Assembly (NCBI GenBank): GCA_951804945.1
Contig: OX638159.1
Span: 30,690,001-30,754,000 of the forward strand
From: Podarcis cretensis
Lineage: Eukaryota
Reading direction: 5' to 3'
Length of the DNA stretch: 64,000 bases
Part shown: in pieces, positions 22,507 through 34,161 of the stretch
How the letters are laid out: each line of letters opens with the position of its first letter
Numbering within the stretch: position 1 is the first letter of the stretch
Translations under genes and position numbers: made by a program
The notes under the pieces: generated by a model
What the model saw: only the letters and a program-made list of their open reading frames with translations
Told to the model about the DNA's origin: nothing
Database searches by the model: none

Positions 22507-22856
22507 GGGACGTGGGTGGCGCTGTGGGTTAAACCACAGAGCCTAGGACTTGCCGATCAGAAGGTTGGCGGTTCGAATCCCCGAGACAGGGTGAGCTCCC
22601 GTTGCTCCTGCCAACCTAGCAGTTTGAAAGCACATCAAAGTGCAAGTAGATAAATAGGTACCGCTCTGGCGGGAAGGTAAATGGAGTTTCTATGCACTGC
22701 TCTGGTTCGCCAGAAGTGGCTTAGACATGCTGGCCACATGACCAGGAATCTGTACGCTGGCTCCCTTGGCCAATAAAGTGAGATGAGTGCCGCAATCCCA
22801 GAGTCGGCCACGACTGGACGACCTAATGGTCAGGGGTCCCTTTACCTTTACCTTTT
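22507..22856 (+). mobile_element. Sauria SINE, full length
   Basis: GGGACGTGGGTGGCGCTGTGGGTTAAACC head, B box GGTTCGAATCC, BovB-like GAGTCGG..ACGACT, (ACCTTT)n tail. TSD TAAGATGTCTCCA / TAAGATGTCTGCA. Confidence 0.95.
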
Positions 22857-22986
22857 TAAGATGTCTGCACAAAAACAAAACTACTAACCTGTGCTTGCAG
22901 TGGAAGTGAGGGGAGAGAGAAGAAACTGAAACAGGAAGTGGTTAATCAAGCTACAGCTTCCATTATAGTTACAGCAAATTCCATAA

Positions 22987-23156
22987 CATGGGCATAGCCA
23001 AGGGGCAGTGGATAGGGGAAGCTGCCTCCTCCTAAATCAAGTACGGTAAATAAATAAAAATAAATAACTGACCAATTACATCACAGATAACTCGGTTCTG
23101 CCCCTCCCTCAGCATAAAGAGTGCCCCACTTAAAATAAATCATGGCTACGCCCATG
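22987..23156. mobile_element. hAT MITE (170 bp)
   Basis: TIRs CATGGGCATAGCCA / TGGCTACGCCCATG. 8-bp flanks TTCCATAA / TCCCATAA. Confidence 0.8.
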
Positions 23157-25315
23157 TCCCATAATGACAAATAAAGGCAGGAACATAGGCACTGCTGCAT
23201 AACACTTATAGCTCCTATGTCTGACAGTATAACTGCAGAATTCGGCAGATATTTCTATCCACCATGTACAGCTGATGCTCTTAACCACTCCTTGGTGTGT
23301 GTGTTGTCCCTTATGTTTTGAAGTCTGTTCCAGGAAGGAATTCCCTCCTGAGGGCCATCCAGCTTTCTTCACATATTTGATTCTGCGTTTGCCCACAAAA
23401 GATTATTGGTGTAGTACAACAGCTTGAATGACTCGCAAACAGCCTCTAGATTACTGTGGGAAGAGGGTGGGGGAAACTAGAACTCTGTTGGCTACTCAAA
23501 GGATGAGTGAAATTTCCTGGACCAGTTCTGGGGGTGTGATGCCCAGTGACTATTCATTTACCTACTAATCAATTTATCATCCGTCCACATGTTCATAAAA
23601 AAACCCAAAAACATACCAAGGCAGCATAGAACATAGGATTAGGATTATGGGAAGGTTATCAAGGCCCTTCTGATTCTGTCACTCCTGAGCAAGGACCTAA
23701 AAGAAGCTGTACAATGATCAGTTCCTCTCCTCTCCACCCAAAGGAGGAAGGACTCTGGCTCTGTGTATGAGCATGCCTCCAGATTCTGAGAGTGCTATTC
23801 TACTAGCAGCTTCTACTGGTTCACAACTGAATGGGGACTCTTGTGCTAGAAAACAGGGTGGTATAGTCTTTATCTGTACTAGCCTTCAATATCCTGGGCC
23901 CTCTAGACATTTTGGACTCCAGTGATCCCATCCTGCCTGGGGCTGATGAGGGTTGTACTCTAAAGCATCTGGAGAAATCCAGATTGGCAAAGGCTGGTCT
24001 ATACATTGGCTCAATGCCTCTGTTGTTAAAAAACAAGCGTGCTTGCAAAATATTAGCTCAGAATGATTGGGATCATTATCACAGCTTGCCAAGTTCAGCA
24101 TGCCACACAACACAAGCAGCTTTTATCTATTTGATAATAGAAAATGAATCTTCTAAAAGCTATTTAAGGACAAACAAAGGTCCCATGCCTATCAAATTTC
24201 TGTTTGGCTTCCATGAATGGCTTCTTAACTATTCCTTTGGGGCTCTGGTGTTTGTGAAAGCAAATAAATTGTTATCATTTGAAAAACCTTGTTTGGGGAG
24301 TTATTTTTGTAGCACAGTCCCTTATCACTGCTGTGAGTGACAGATCAGTGGCATAAACACACATTAAATAACTACAACATCTAAGATGTATGCTTTGGAT
24401 CTCCTTTGGCATCTCTTTGTGAGAGATTTGCCACTGGACCAATTAGGATTGGTTCCAGCTCTTTATACACTATAGTATAAATCATCATTTTCTAGCTGGT
24501 CTCCATCTTGGAGAAACAGATCAAGTTGGACACACAAAATTTGCTGCGCTCTACAAATATATATTGGAGTTATTATAATCTAATCTTTCAGTTTTAAGAA
24601 GCTGAGGCTGCAATCCTATACACACTTAATTGGGACTGTTGACATGGATGGTACTTCATTCTGAGTCAATATGGATTGGATCAAGCTGCCCAAAACTCAC
24701 AGGGGTGTGAAGAAACATGAGAACAACATTGACGGCACAGAGTAACTTGAAGGCAAACGAGAATAACTCCAGACATAATTGTCACGCAATGGTTAACAGC
24801 ATCCTATTCCCCTGTTTCTCTTAAATGTCAAACTTTCTCACACTAGTGACGTCTTCAGATGTTAGGAAATCACTGAAAGCTGAGGAGGAAAGCCAGCAGT
24901 GCAACACTGCTTCGGCCAAGTGAAATTTCATAATTTGTTTTTCACTGCTTTCTTTGAATTCCGGGGGAAAATATATCCTGCATATTTCAACATGCATATT
25001 AAGTGAAGCTTAAAGTTCTGGGAACCAAGTCACAATGCCTAAGAAAATAGTCTCTGATGGGATAGGGTGGAGGCTGCTGTTGATAGGCAGCCAGTTCTCT
25101 GTTTTCTAATGTTCACGTTTCTTGGCCAAGTGACTAGTTCCCCCTTCTTAGCACACATTCAGCCACGCTGAGAACGCTCTGCCCTTCAGTGTGTTGACAT
25201 CTGATAGCAGCCCACATGCAGGGGTCTTTTCAGCATTAGGCAAGAATGTTTTCAAACTTGCAACTATTGATTACACAGAAGTGCCATTTGTGCCCCTAGT
25301 GGATGCTATATACTA

Positions 25316-25458
25316 TAGAATCACAGAACTGTAGAGTTGGAAGGGACCCCGAGGGTCATTTAGTCCAACCCCCAGCGATGCAGAAATATGCTTGTGGCCC
25401 GTATGGGGATTGGACCTGCGACCTTGGCATTATCACCATGCGCTAACCAACTGAGCTA
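25316..25458 (-). mobile_element. tRNA-Ile(AAU)-derived SINE with CR1-type tail
   Basis: Reverse complement of 25395-25458 (TAGCTCAGTTGGTTAGCGCATGGTGATAATGCCAAGGTCGCAGGTCCAATCCCCATACGGGCCA) closely follows vertebrate tRNA-Ile(AAU). It is joined to the GGTTGGACTAAATGACCCTC...CCCTTCCAACTCTACAGTTCTGTGATTCTA tail. Confidence 0.85.
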
Positions 25459-25659
25459 GGTAGGCAATGTAGTGCTAGACTACAACAACAATATTATTTA
25501 TATGCCGCCCGTCTTACTGGTTACCCCAGCCATTCTGGGTGGCTTCCAACAAAACTCCCAACAATTCTCACATAAATGGTCAATGGTCAGGGATGAGAGG
25601 AGTTGTAGTCCAAAAACATCTGGAGGGTTAACCACTTTGGCTAACCCTGATATAACATG

Positions 25660-25875
25660 GCACTGAAACCGCATTGGCTGCCTAAGTTGGTGATATTTGT
25701 TGGTAGCAAGATGGGGAGGGGCATGTAACCCTGCTTGTTCTCTTTGGGTTATGCACAGCTTTTGATACCATTGGCCCTGATATCCTTCTGGATTGGTACT
25801 GGGAGATAGGGGATCATGACACTGTATCACAGTGTTTCCACTCCAACCTTCAGGGCCATTTCCAGCAAGTAGTTA
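25660..25875 (+). mobile_element. Decayed L2 RT fragment
   Basis: GCTTTTGATACCATTGGCCCTGATATCCTTCTGG (AFDTI..DILL). A similar fragment lies at ~59585-59740. Confidence 0.55.
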
Positions 25876-27159
25876 AGAGGAGATATTGATGAATGAAATT
25901 TATTCTCCATCCCTAGTTTCAGAAAAGCACGATACAATGGTCTGTCATTAAATAAATACAAACCAAAGCTGTTGCTTTAAAATTAACTGAACGGGATAGT
26001 CATGAGCATTCGTTAACAGAAGGGAAATTATATAGAAACACACTTCCTCTCCTTTCCCTCCAGTTCTCAGATATTTACGAGTGCATTTACATATACTGAT
26101 GTAACCAGAACAGAGGATCAACCTCTTTCATTTGTTAAAGCATCACATATCCTTAGAGCTCCATTGTCTACTAACATCTGCACATTTCACACATAATGAA
26201 AAATGAATGGAGTTTGTTATTGTTAAAGACAGAATGCCAAAGTTCAGCATGTCATATTAATTTGTTGCTTATTCAAAACTCATCCAAAACACCCTGCAAG
26301 TAATTGTAGCTTTCTTTCCCCCCTTCATGGTCAAAACAGGTCAAATAGAGTTTATGGGGAGTGGGCAGCGAGAACCTGGAAAAGCAGAATGACAGTGTGG
26401 CCTGCCCAATCTGCAACTTGAACACATTTTAGCAGAAGTGTCTCACATTTTTTTTACGCTGATCTCTCCAATCACAGTGGCATGGGAGGGCCATAGTGGA
26501 CAATGTGACACTGATTTCCCCTTCTCCTGCCTCTTCCTTTCCTCCCCAGTAAGCAGGCAATGATTCAGCTATCGAGAAATAGCTAAAGCTCCATCTTATT
26601 GCCATGAGGGCCACTACTGGAGAAGCAACTTGTGGAAGTCTACTTAAATGGGAGGTGATTACTTGGTTTCAAGAATTCTTCTTTCATGGAGAGGAAGCAC
26701 TTGCAGGTCCCTGTTCGGCTTTTGCCTTTGAGAAAACAATGTTCCTGCTTAGTCACCACTTCCTAATCCTTTAAACTAGGGGTCGCATCCGAGCACCAGT
26801 CGCATTTTGCGGGCATCAATCAGAAAAAGCTTGTTATGTGTGTGCAGCATAACACAAAATGTCTGCCATCTCAAACACCAGACTAAGAGAAAAGACCACA
26901 AAATGGTGCAGGCCTGCCCCCAATTAGCTCCCTCCATCAGTAGAAGAAGACACCAACATCAGCTACTGCTAACCTCACTCACCTCTCCTCTGTTCAGAGC
27001 AGAAGGGAAAGTGGGTGTCCAGTCCTGGCATCCAATGAAATGTAGGCATATTTAAGGGAATGTGTTCAGGGAACAGAAAGCCAAGCCAGTGCACACAAGA
27101 CCTGAGCAGAATGAACAAACAGTGCATTGTTACAATCATTTGCATTGGCAGTTTTTGCA

Positions 27160-27520
27160 TGTGCTGTAGGGGGAAGTGTGGGGCAGATGGAGCTTGTCAA
27201 CTTGGGAAGGTAGCCCATCTAGGAAAAGGAAAACTCTGGTTCTAAACCTCGGCTGCCTTGCAGGATTTCTTCAGGAGAAGAAAAGCCTAAGGAGTAAACC
27301 CTACACAAATTCGGAGTGAAATCCCTAAGATGTTTGGGTGGCGCCTTGCATGCCTCCTTCCAGCAACTCCTGCAGCCCAGCTGGTGCCAGATGTATCGCT
27401 CTGCTTTCCTTTAGACCACATCCACACAACCACTGAGAAGGGGATCTTGTCATCTGAGTAGCCCAAGACCTTCATATACACTGCCCAGGCTTGCACCATG
27501 GGGAGGTAACTTTGGCTCCG
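27160..27520 (+). mobile_element. RTE-clade 5'UTR-derived non-autonomous element
   Basis: GGGAAGGTAGCCCATCTAGGAAAAGGAAAACTCTGGTTCTAAACCTC resembles RTE 5'UTRs. The right half is homologous to the inverted copy at 29443-29684. Confidence 0.6.
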
Positions 27521-28395
27521 TTAAAAAGCAGCCATAAATTCAAAAGCAGAACTTAGCAATCAAATCTCTTCTCTCCCTTTTTTCAAGGCATCCTCACTTT
27601 TGCTCTGCATATAAGGAAGTAGCTGATTACCAGAACATTTACGAATAGTTAACAAAAGAGGCCATTGAGGACCGGAGACAGGCTAATGAAGTATATATGG
27701 CTACATATTTAAGGTATTTAGATCCACAACTTCAAAAGACAAATTTGAAGAGTTCCGTTTATTTTCTGTATTTTGGTGTGCTGCATCAAAACTGCAACTT
27801 TGCTCACAAGAGAAAACCCCAAACAAATCCAATCTTCCGAGACATACATTGAATGAAACGTGTCCTGCTGGTGATACTATTTTAAATGCAAACAAATAAA
27901 TAAATGATTCACTGGTCCATTTAATTTATATATTGAAACACACAGGGGTAACAACGAAAGATGATAAAGCAGTGGGAAGGGGAAGAAGCGTGACAAATGT
28001 TGCTGGCATGATCTTGTCTGTGTGATGTGACAAAGGCCATGATCAGACATTGTGCTACACCAGCCACTCCTGACCAAGGCTCAAAATGGCACTGAAAGAT
28101 AAATCTTTACTGATAGTGTAACAATAACATGCTTAACACATATCAGCTGATGAGAACATTCCTTGGGGGCACCAGATGAAGGTTCTTCTCAAGGCAACAG
28201 CTCTCTGAATTTAAACTATGGCTTGAAAGAAACCATAGTTGAGATTAACAAAAAAGAAAAAAGCAAAAAAAGCTGAGGTTAATAAAAACAGAAGGAAAGC
28301 TACCAAGCTACCACTCATGGCCACGCCAGAGGCGGACCATGCAAGTCCGAGGCTCCCCTAGGCTCATGCTAATTGTGCTAGATTATGGTTTAACA

Positions 28396-28531
28396 CAGGC
28401 ATAAGCAAACTCTGACCCTCCAGATGTTTGGGACTACAATTCCCATCATCCTTGACTAGTGGTCCTGTTAGCTAGGGATGATGGGAATTGTAGTCCCAAA
28501 CATCTGGAGGGTTAGAGTTTGCCTATGCCTG
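28396..28531. mobile_element. Young palindromic hAT MITE (136 bp)
   Basis: TIRs CAGGCATAAGCAAACTC / GAGTTTGCCTATGCCTG with near-perfect ~55-bp arms. Perfect 8-bp TSD GTTTAACA. Confidence 0.93.
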
Positions 28532-28782
28532 GTTTAACAATGTATAAACCAGGACATTCTTTAAAATGATGATTTAGGCAGCTCCTTGCACACTAATTAG
28601 GTCAGTTTGTACCCAGGAATGTTGGATACTAGAGGGACTTGTGCGTGAAAGATACAGATTACACACACATACCATAGCAAAATGGAATCCTATTCTGATA
28701 CAACTTTCTGTGAAGGTGTCAACTATCACTTATTGCAAAGCCCCAGCACTCCAAAATGCCCAGAGAAATGAAATGGTAAATA

Positions 28783-29149
28783 GAGGCTAGTGGCGCAGGG
28801 CGCCAATCTCTGGAGGGCGCCAGGGAAGAGGCGGAGGCTGGATGCGGCACCTCCCGGCATCAGCTCGCCGCCCTCACCCGCCTCTACAATGCTGTGCCGA
28901 AGAAGCTGCACCCAGTTCTCCACCTGCCGTGGTCACCATGGCACAAAGTGGCCAGCTGAGCAAGGAGCTTCTTCCCCACTGGATGAGCTGCCCTCCAGCC
29001 GCCGCCTGCCTCCTCCATCCCTGCAAAGCTGGGCGTGTCGCCGGCAGTGCCATCCTCCCTAAAAAGGGTTGGCAATTCTGGAAAACAGGGGGGGGGGCCA
29101 CTGGAGAGATCTTTGCACCACGGCACCAGATATGCTTAAGACGGCCCCG
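28783..29149. mobile_element. GC-rich hAT (Tip100-like) non-autonomous element, left end degraded
   Basis: Right end TAAGACGGCCCCG. GGTAAA occurs on both flanks. CpG-rich interior contrasts with the surroundings. Confidence 0.5.
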
Positions 29150-29442
29150 GGTAAAGCTACACTCCAGTTACCGAGCTGACTGCTCTAAATCATCCATACT
29201 CTGACTGCTCTGACCATCATCAGATCCTCCCTTTCTTTGTTTTTTTGCTAAAGAACACACCCAGCTATATGATGGGAGTACTGCTGTTGTTTATAGGATC
29301 CAATGCATCTCTGCCTCACAATAATCCCATCTAGGAACAACCTAGATCTCCCTCTCATCATACTTCCCCCGCTTCCTTTTACACCTACCTCGCACTGATA
29401 CTCATCTCACCTCAATAACCCTCTGCTGTTCATTCCAACATT

Positions 29443-29684
29443 TTGGCTGTCCATCTGTCTTGAGAGGCAATAGAGTGTATCTCCAGGATTGAAGTCAAAC
29501 CACTGCAGCACCAACATGACCTCCCCAGGGTGCAAGTTTGGGCAGTGTGTATGGAGGTCCTGGGCTGGCCAGATGACAAGACCCCATTCTCAGCCTCGCT
29601 GATGTGGTCCAAAGGAAAGCAGAGCAAAACATTTGGCCCAAGCTTGGCTGGAGTTGCTGGAAGGAGGCATGCAAGGCACCATCT
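29443..29684 (-). mobile_element. Second copy of the RTE-derived element, including an RTE-type 3' tail
   Basis: Reverse-complement homology to 27338-27520. Ends in ACTCTATTGCCTCTCAAGACAGATGGACAGCCAA, which resembles RTE 3' ends. Confidence 0.6.
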
Positions 29685-29948
29685 CGCTAGCCTCTCCCCC
29701 ATGGGCAAGTCTATCTGTTACAATTAACACCAAACATTAAACACTGGTTTTATTTTTTTCAAAACTACAAATAATTATGTGCAAGATTGTTTAAAGAAAT
29801 TGGGCAGAATTCTACCCTGGATAAGCAATTTTAAGTGCCAACAGCTTTGAAATGAATGGGAATTCCATTGTTTCCATTTGGCTACCAGACATGGCCATGA
29901 TGGCAAAGTCTAGGCTATCACACGCCCAGCATTATTAATACTGTTTAC

Positions 29949-30728
29949 TTTTTTTAAAAAAAATAATTTTTTTTATTAAGGTTTTAAAGATTACAGAAAA
30001 AAAGAAGATAATAACAATCAAGGGGAAAAAAACAAAAAAAGAAAAAACAATACATATATATAAAAAAATCATCAAAAACCATAAAACAGAAGAAAAATAA
30101 AATAAAAAACAAGTCAAACCTGTACATCACTTGTTTACATTCACTTATTTCCTTGACCTCCTCACACCTCCCAATTTTGTATTCTAATTCAATTTGTTAT
30201 TTCAGCAAATCCTTCTAACCTTATTTTTATCTTAATAATTTGTCTTAATATACTATAATTTTACATTCTCTCTTTCACCAACTCATTTTTACTTAATCCT
30301 TTATGTCATTTCTACTAAAACCACATAATTTTCTTTTCCCAACATCTTTCTAACAATCCTTAATTTTGCAATATTTTTGAAGATAAACTTTGAATTTTTT
30401 CCAATCTTCTTCCACCGACTCTTCTCCTTGGTCCCGGATTCTGCCAGTCATCTCAGCCAATTCCATGTACTCCATCACCTTCATCTGCCATTCTTCCCGG
30501 GTGGGTAGATCTTGTGTCTTCCAATACTTTGCAATGAGTATTCTTGCTGCTGTTGTTGCGTACATAAAAAAAAGTGCCCAAGAGAAAGGCCTCTGGTTTC
30601 TTCTGGAAGGTATATTTAAATACCTTTTTTATTTCATTATAGATCATCTCCCAGAAGGTCTTAATCTTTGGGCATGTCCACCAAAGGTGAAAGAATGTAC
30701 CTTCAATCTCTTTACATTTCCAACATTA
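29949..30728 (-). mobile_element. 5'-truncated L1 (ORF2 C-terminus, 3'UTR, A-tail)
   Basis: CWKCKEIEGTFFHLWWTC zinc-knuckle and MYATTAARILIAKYWK...DWKKFKVYL. Perfect 19-bp TSD CATTATTAATACTGTTTAC (29930-29948, 30729-30747). Internal deletion/frameshift near 30575. Confidence 0.93.
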
Positions 30729-31338
30729 CATTATTAATACTGTTTACATGCCACCCTAATGTCCAGAGCAGTGTGAGATTCCAGGGGTCCAGGTGCTTAC
30801 TCAGAGTTTCTGCTCCTTTTGAAATGAAACACAGCGGAAGTTCTACTGTGTTTATGATATCTGGGGTGCATCTACACACAGGACAAAAGCGCTATTAAAA
30901 AGTCAGAATTAAATCATTATAAAAAACTCTGGAAAATCGCGTAGAAATATTTTCTTACTCTCTCGCGCCATCTGGTGTTGCATGTTTATAATGCATTCTA
31001 TACGGTGTTTCCTTACTAATGTAGCCGAGTCCATTGTTTATTTACACACACATAACCTGAGCCTACAATGGAGGGGCTTCCAGCATTACACTCCAAGAGG
31101 TTCCCATTTACCCGATTTCTGCCACCTTGGATCCCAAGGTCAGCCCACATTGTGCTCTAATCTTCCCCTCTCTTCAGCTGGCTGCTGCTTGCAAACGCCA
31201 GCTACTTTACTGCGGTTTACATCATCCCCAACTGCAATCCTGCAACTTCCTCCTCCTAAAAACTCTGGCATTGTCTTCTGTTAACTACCCAGAGACCAGG
31301 GTGGGGCACCACCCATTTGCTGGCTGGTACATAGTCTT

Positions 31339-31703
31339 GGGACGCAGGTGGCGCTGTGGGTTAAAGCCTCAGCGCCTAGGGCTTGCCGATCGAAAAAGTC
31401 GGCGGTTCGAATCCCTGCGGCGGGGTGCGCTCCCGCTGCTCGGTCCCAGCGCCTGCCAACCTAGCAGTTCGAAAGCACCTCCGGGTGCAAGTAGATAAAT
31501 AGGGACCGCTTACCAGCGGGAAGGTAAACGGCGTTTCCGTGTGCAGCTCTGGCTCGCCAGAGCAGCGATGTCACGCTGGCCACGTGACCCGGAAGTGTCT
31601 CCGGACAGCGCTGGCCCCTGGCCTCTTAAGTGAGATGGGCGCACAACCCCAGAGTCTGTCAAGACTGGCCCGTACGGGCAGGGGTACCTTTACCTTTTAC
31701 CTT
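31339..31703 (+). mobile_element. Sauria SINE, full length, young CpG-rich subfamily
   Basis: Intact head, B box and (ACCTTT)n tail. Perfect 11-bp TSD TACATAGTCTT (31328-31338, 31704-31714). The 3' half differs from the copies at 22507 and 51950. Confidence 0.95.
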
Positions 31704-32878
31704 TACATAGTCTTAGCTTTCCTTATGGCTTATCCACCCTTTGTTCTCTGTTAACGACACATACTTAGCAGCCATTATCCACCTGGTCTGCATTTTGACA
31801 TTGTGCCTGGCAGCCCATTTTAATACTCTGAGCATTGATTAAAGCTTCAATACCCACTAGACCCAGGGATTTAGAGGAGTCAAGGCACCCACAAACTTGT
31901 AACAATACCTTACGATAAGATCACGCTGTTAAGACTGCAATCCTATATACACTTCCCTGGGAGGAAACCCCACTGAACTCAGTAGGACTTATTTTGGAGT
32001 CCCATTCATAAGAAAGTACTGTCAGCCCCTTAGAGTAACCAAGTGGGGGGATCTGCTGCCCTCCTGACATTTGTGCAACTGGGAGCAGTTGGCATAGTGG
32101 AGTGGGGTTCTAGAGCTGCCCTCCGAATAGTCATGTTGCTCTCACTTACCAGGGTGGGAACAGACGGGGGTGGGAACAGACGGGGGTGGGGACAAGGGTG
32201 GGGGCAGGTGTAGGCACACCAGTAGGGATACGAGTCTGCCCTAGTAAGCTTTGTGCTCCCACCCCATTAGGTCACTCAGTCCTGCTTGAAACTCAACTCC
32301 CATCTGCCCCAGTCAGCATGCCCAATGGCTAGGGATCATGGGATTTGTAGTTCATCAACATCTGGGAGAACACATGCTTCCCAGCCTTGCTTTAGAGGAT
32401 CCTTTTCAAACCCTATTGCTGCCAAGTGTCAGAAGTCACCCGATGAAGAGATGACAGTGCTTCCATTTTATCAGTACGCTCTGCCCTCCCAGTATTTTAC
32501 AACAGATTAGCCATGCCGTGTTACGCCTGGAAGGGCCCATGCGACTGACGGCGATTGCTCTTTTCGCTTATTCAGCCGTTCTTCCTGTAATTTGATTTGG
32601 AAATAAGATGGATGTGGAAAGATCAGAGCATCCCCTCCAGCAGGAGAAGACAGCAACAACAAATAATCCTTGTTTGGGGGGAACCGCATCCTCTGAAACA
32701 TCCCAATAGCCCATTGTGGGGACTATTCCTGGCTCGCTATGCCTTTCCGTGCAGCTTCCAGAAATGAGAGATTGCTCTGCCTGGTCAGAATTTCTGAAGC
32801 CTTCCTTAAGCAGCGCACAAGCCAATTAACTGCGACTATGTGGTGTGCTTTCCTTTCCGCTGTCACGTAGGGGTAAGG

Positions 32879-32897
32879 TGACTCAGTGCTGACTCAC
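32879..32897. promoter_or_regulatory. Tandem AP-1 sites, one embedded in an NF-E2/ARE-type motif
   Basis: TGACTCA at 32879-32885 and 32890-32896. TGCTGACTCAC (32887-32897) matches RTGASTCAGCA on the minus strand. Confidence 0.4.
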
Positions 32898-33097
32898 TGA
32901 ATTCTCTGCCAATGGAATTCCCAGTCCCTCAGCTGTTTCCATCCAGCCTATCTTGAGCAGCCAGAGGCACTCCTTAGCTGCAGTAGCCTATCTGTCCAAA
33001 TCCACTTCAATCCAGTTTGCCAGTCAGCATGTCTGCAAGACTTTCCCAGCTACAGTCAGTATTGTGCTCCAAACAGCATGCGGATTAGTCTTCAAAA

Positions 33098-33098
<1 letters not shown>

Positions 33099-33174
<76 letters not shown>
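33099..33174. repeat. Compound (CA)15(GA)23 microsatellite
   Basis: Read directly from the sequence; it explains the TH/ER repeats in ORF 32953-33360. Confidence 0.97.
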
Positions 33175-33180
<6 letters not shown>

Positions 33181-34134
33181 CTCTGGTTCCATAACAGAGT
33201 TACTCAGCCACACTTCAATAAAAACCCCTTGGTTTATCTTGAGAAATGGCTGCACATAATCCTTTCACCTGTCGACCTGTGCCAAGGAAAAGTTCCTTCC
33301 CCCTCCTGTCCTAGTCTCTCTCCTGATTATAGGCCTTTGTTTCTAGATGGCTATCTTTGATATATGTCTCATAATCAACTCAGGTACTAATCTGCCTCTT
33401 GCAGTGACGCAAATCAGGTGTGGCTTTGACCTTACGGCTGAAAACTGAAGAACATTTGATAGCAATGTTTGTACATAGTCTCCTTCATTGTCACCAACAA
33501 TAAGGGATAGTACAGACAACTAATTTATTTTTATGCAGGGGGCAGGGGGGGAGGATGGAACCAAATGGAATGAAATCCTGTGGGTGGCAAGGGTGAAGGC
33601 ATCTTTCCTGCAGGTTGTCCCTGTGTTGTGAGGAATCATCTCCTTCTTGCACTCAGACCACAAAGCATGGATCCTGGCCAATTCCAGTTTCTCCACCCTG
33701 CAAGTCTACCGGCACTCTCATCACTAGTCTGGAAAATATGTAATCTTGTGCCACTGGATAGTGCTTTTGGCACATAATGCTATGACAAGGCAGTAGATAC
33801 ACCCTACGCTGCCCATAGGTGTCTCAGAAAATAATAATTAGGTTTCTTGTTCTTTAAACTCCCAGCAAACATTTGTCACAGTACAGAGGTCCTCAGTTCC
33901 AGCGCCAGCCTTGTAGGGTAGGCTTGTAGCCTTGGGGAACCCACTCTAATCTTTTCTCTCTGTCACCACTAACCCACTTACTGGCCAACCTGGGGCCTGG
34001 GATGTGGCATTCCCACTACCTTAGTGGTGGTCTCCTCTAGGGTAAGGTAACAGGCAACTTCAGCCCACCTCTCTCCACTGTCCCATGTACATCAACAACT
34101 AGTAGCACAGCCGCAAGCAGCCTTAAGCTACGCC

Positions 34135-34161
34135 TGTGTGTGTGTGTGTGTGTGTGTGTGT
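34135..34161. repeat. (TG)n microsatellite
   Basis: About 13 TG units. Confidence 0.9.

Noticed and set aside
25395-25458. tRNA-Ile gene
   Set aside because: Acceptor stem 5' strand and anticodon loop are damaged and it is fused to a CR1 tail; it is a SINE head.
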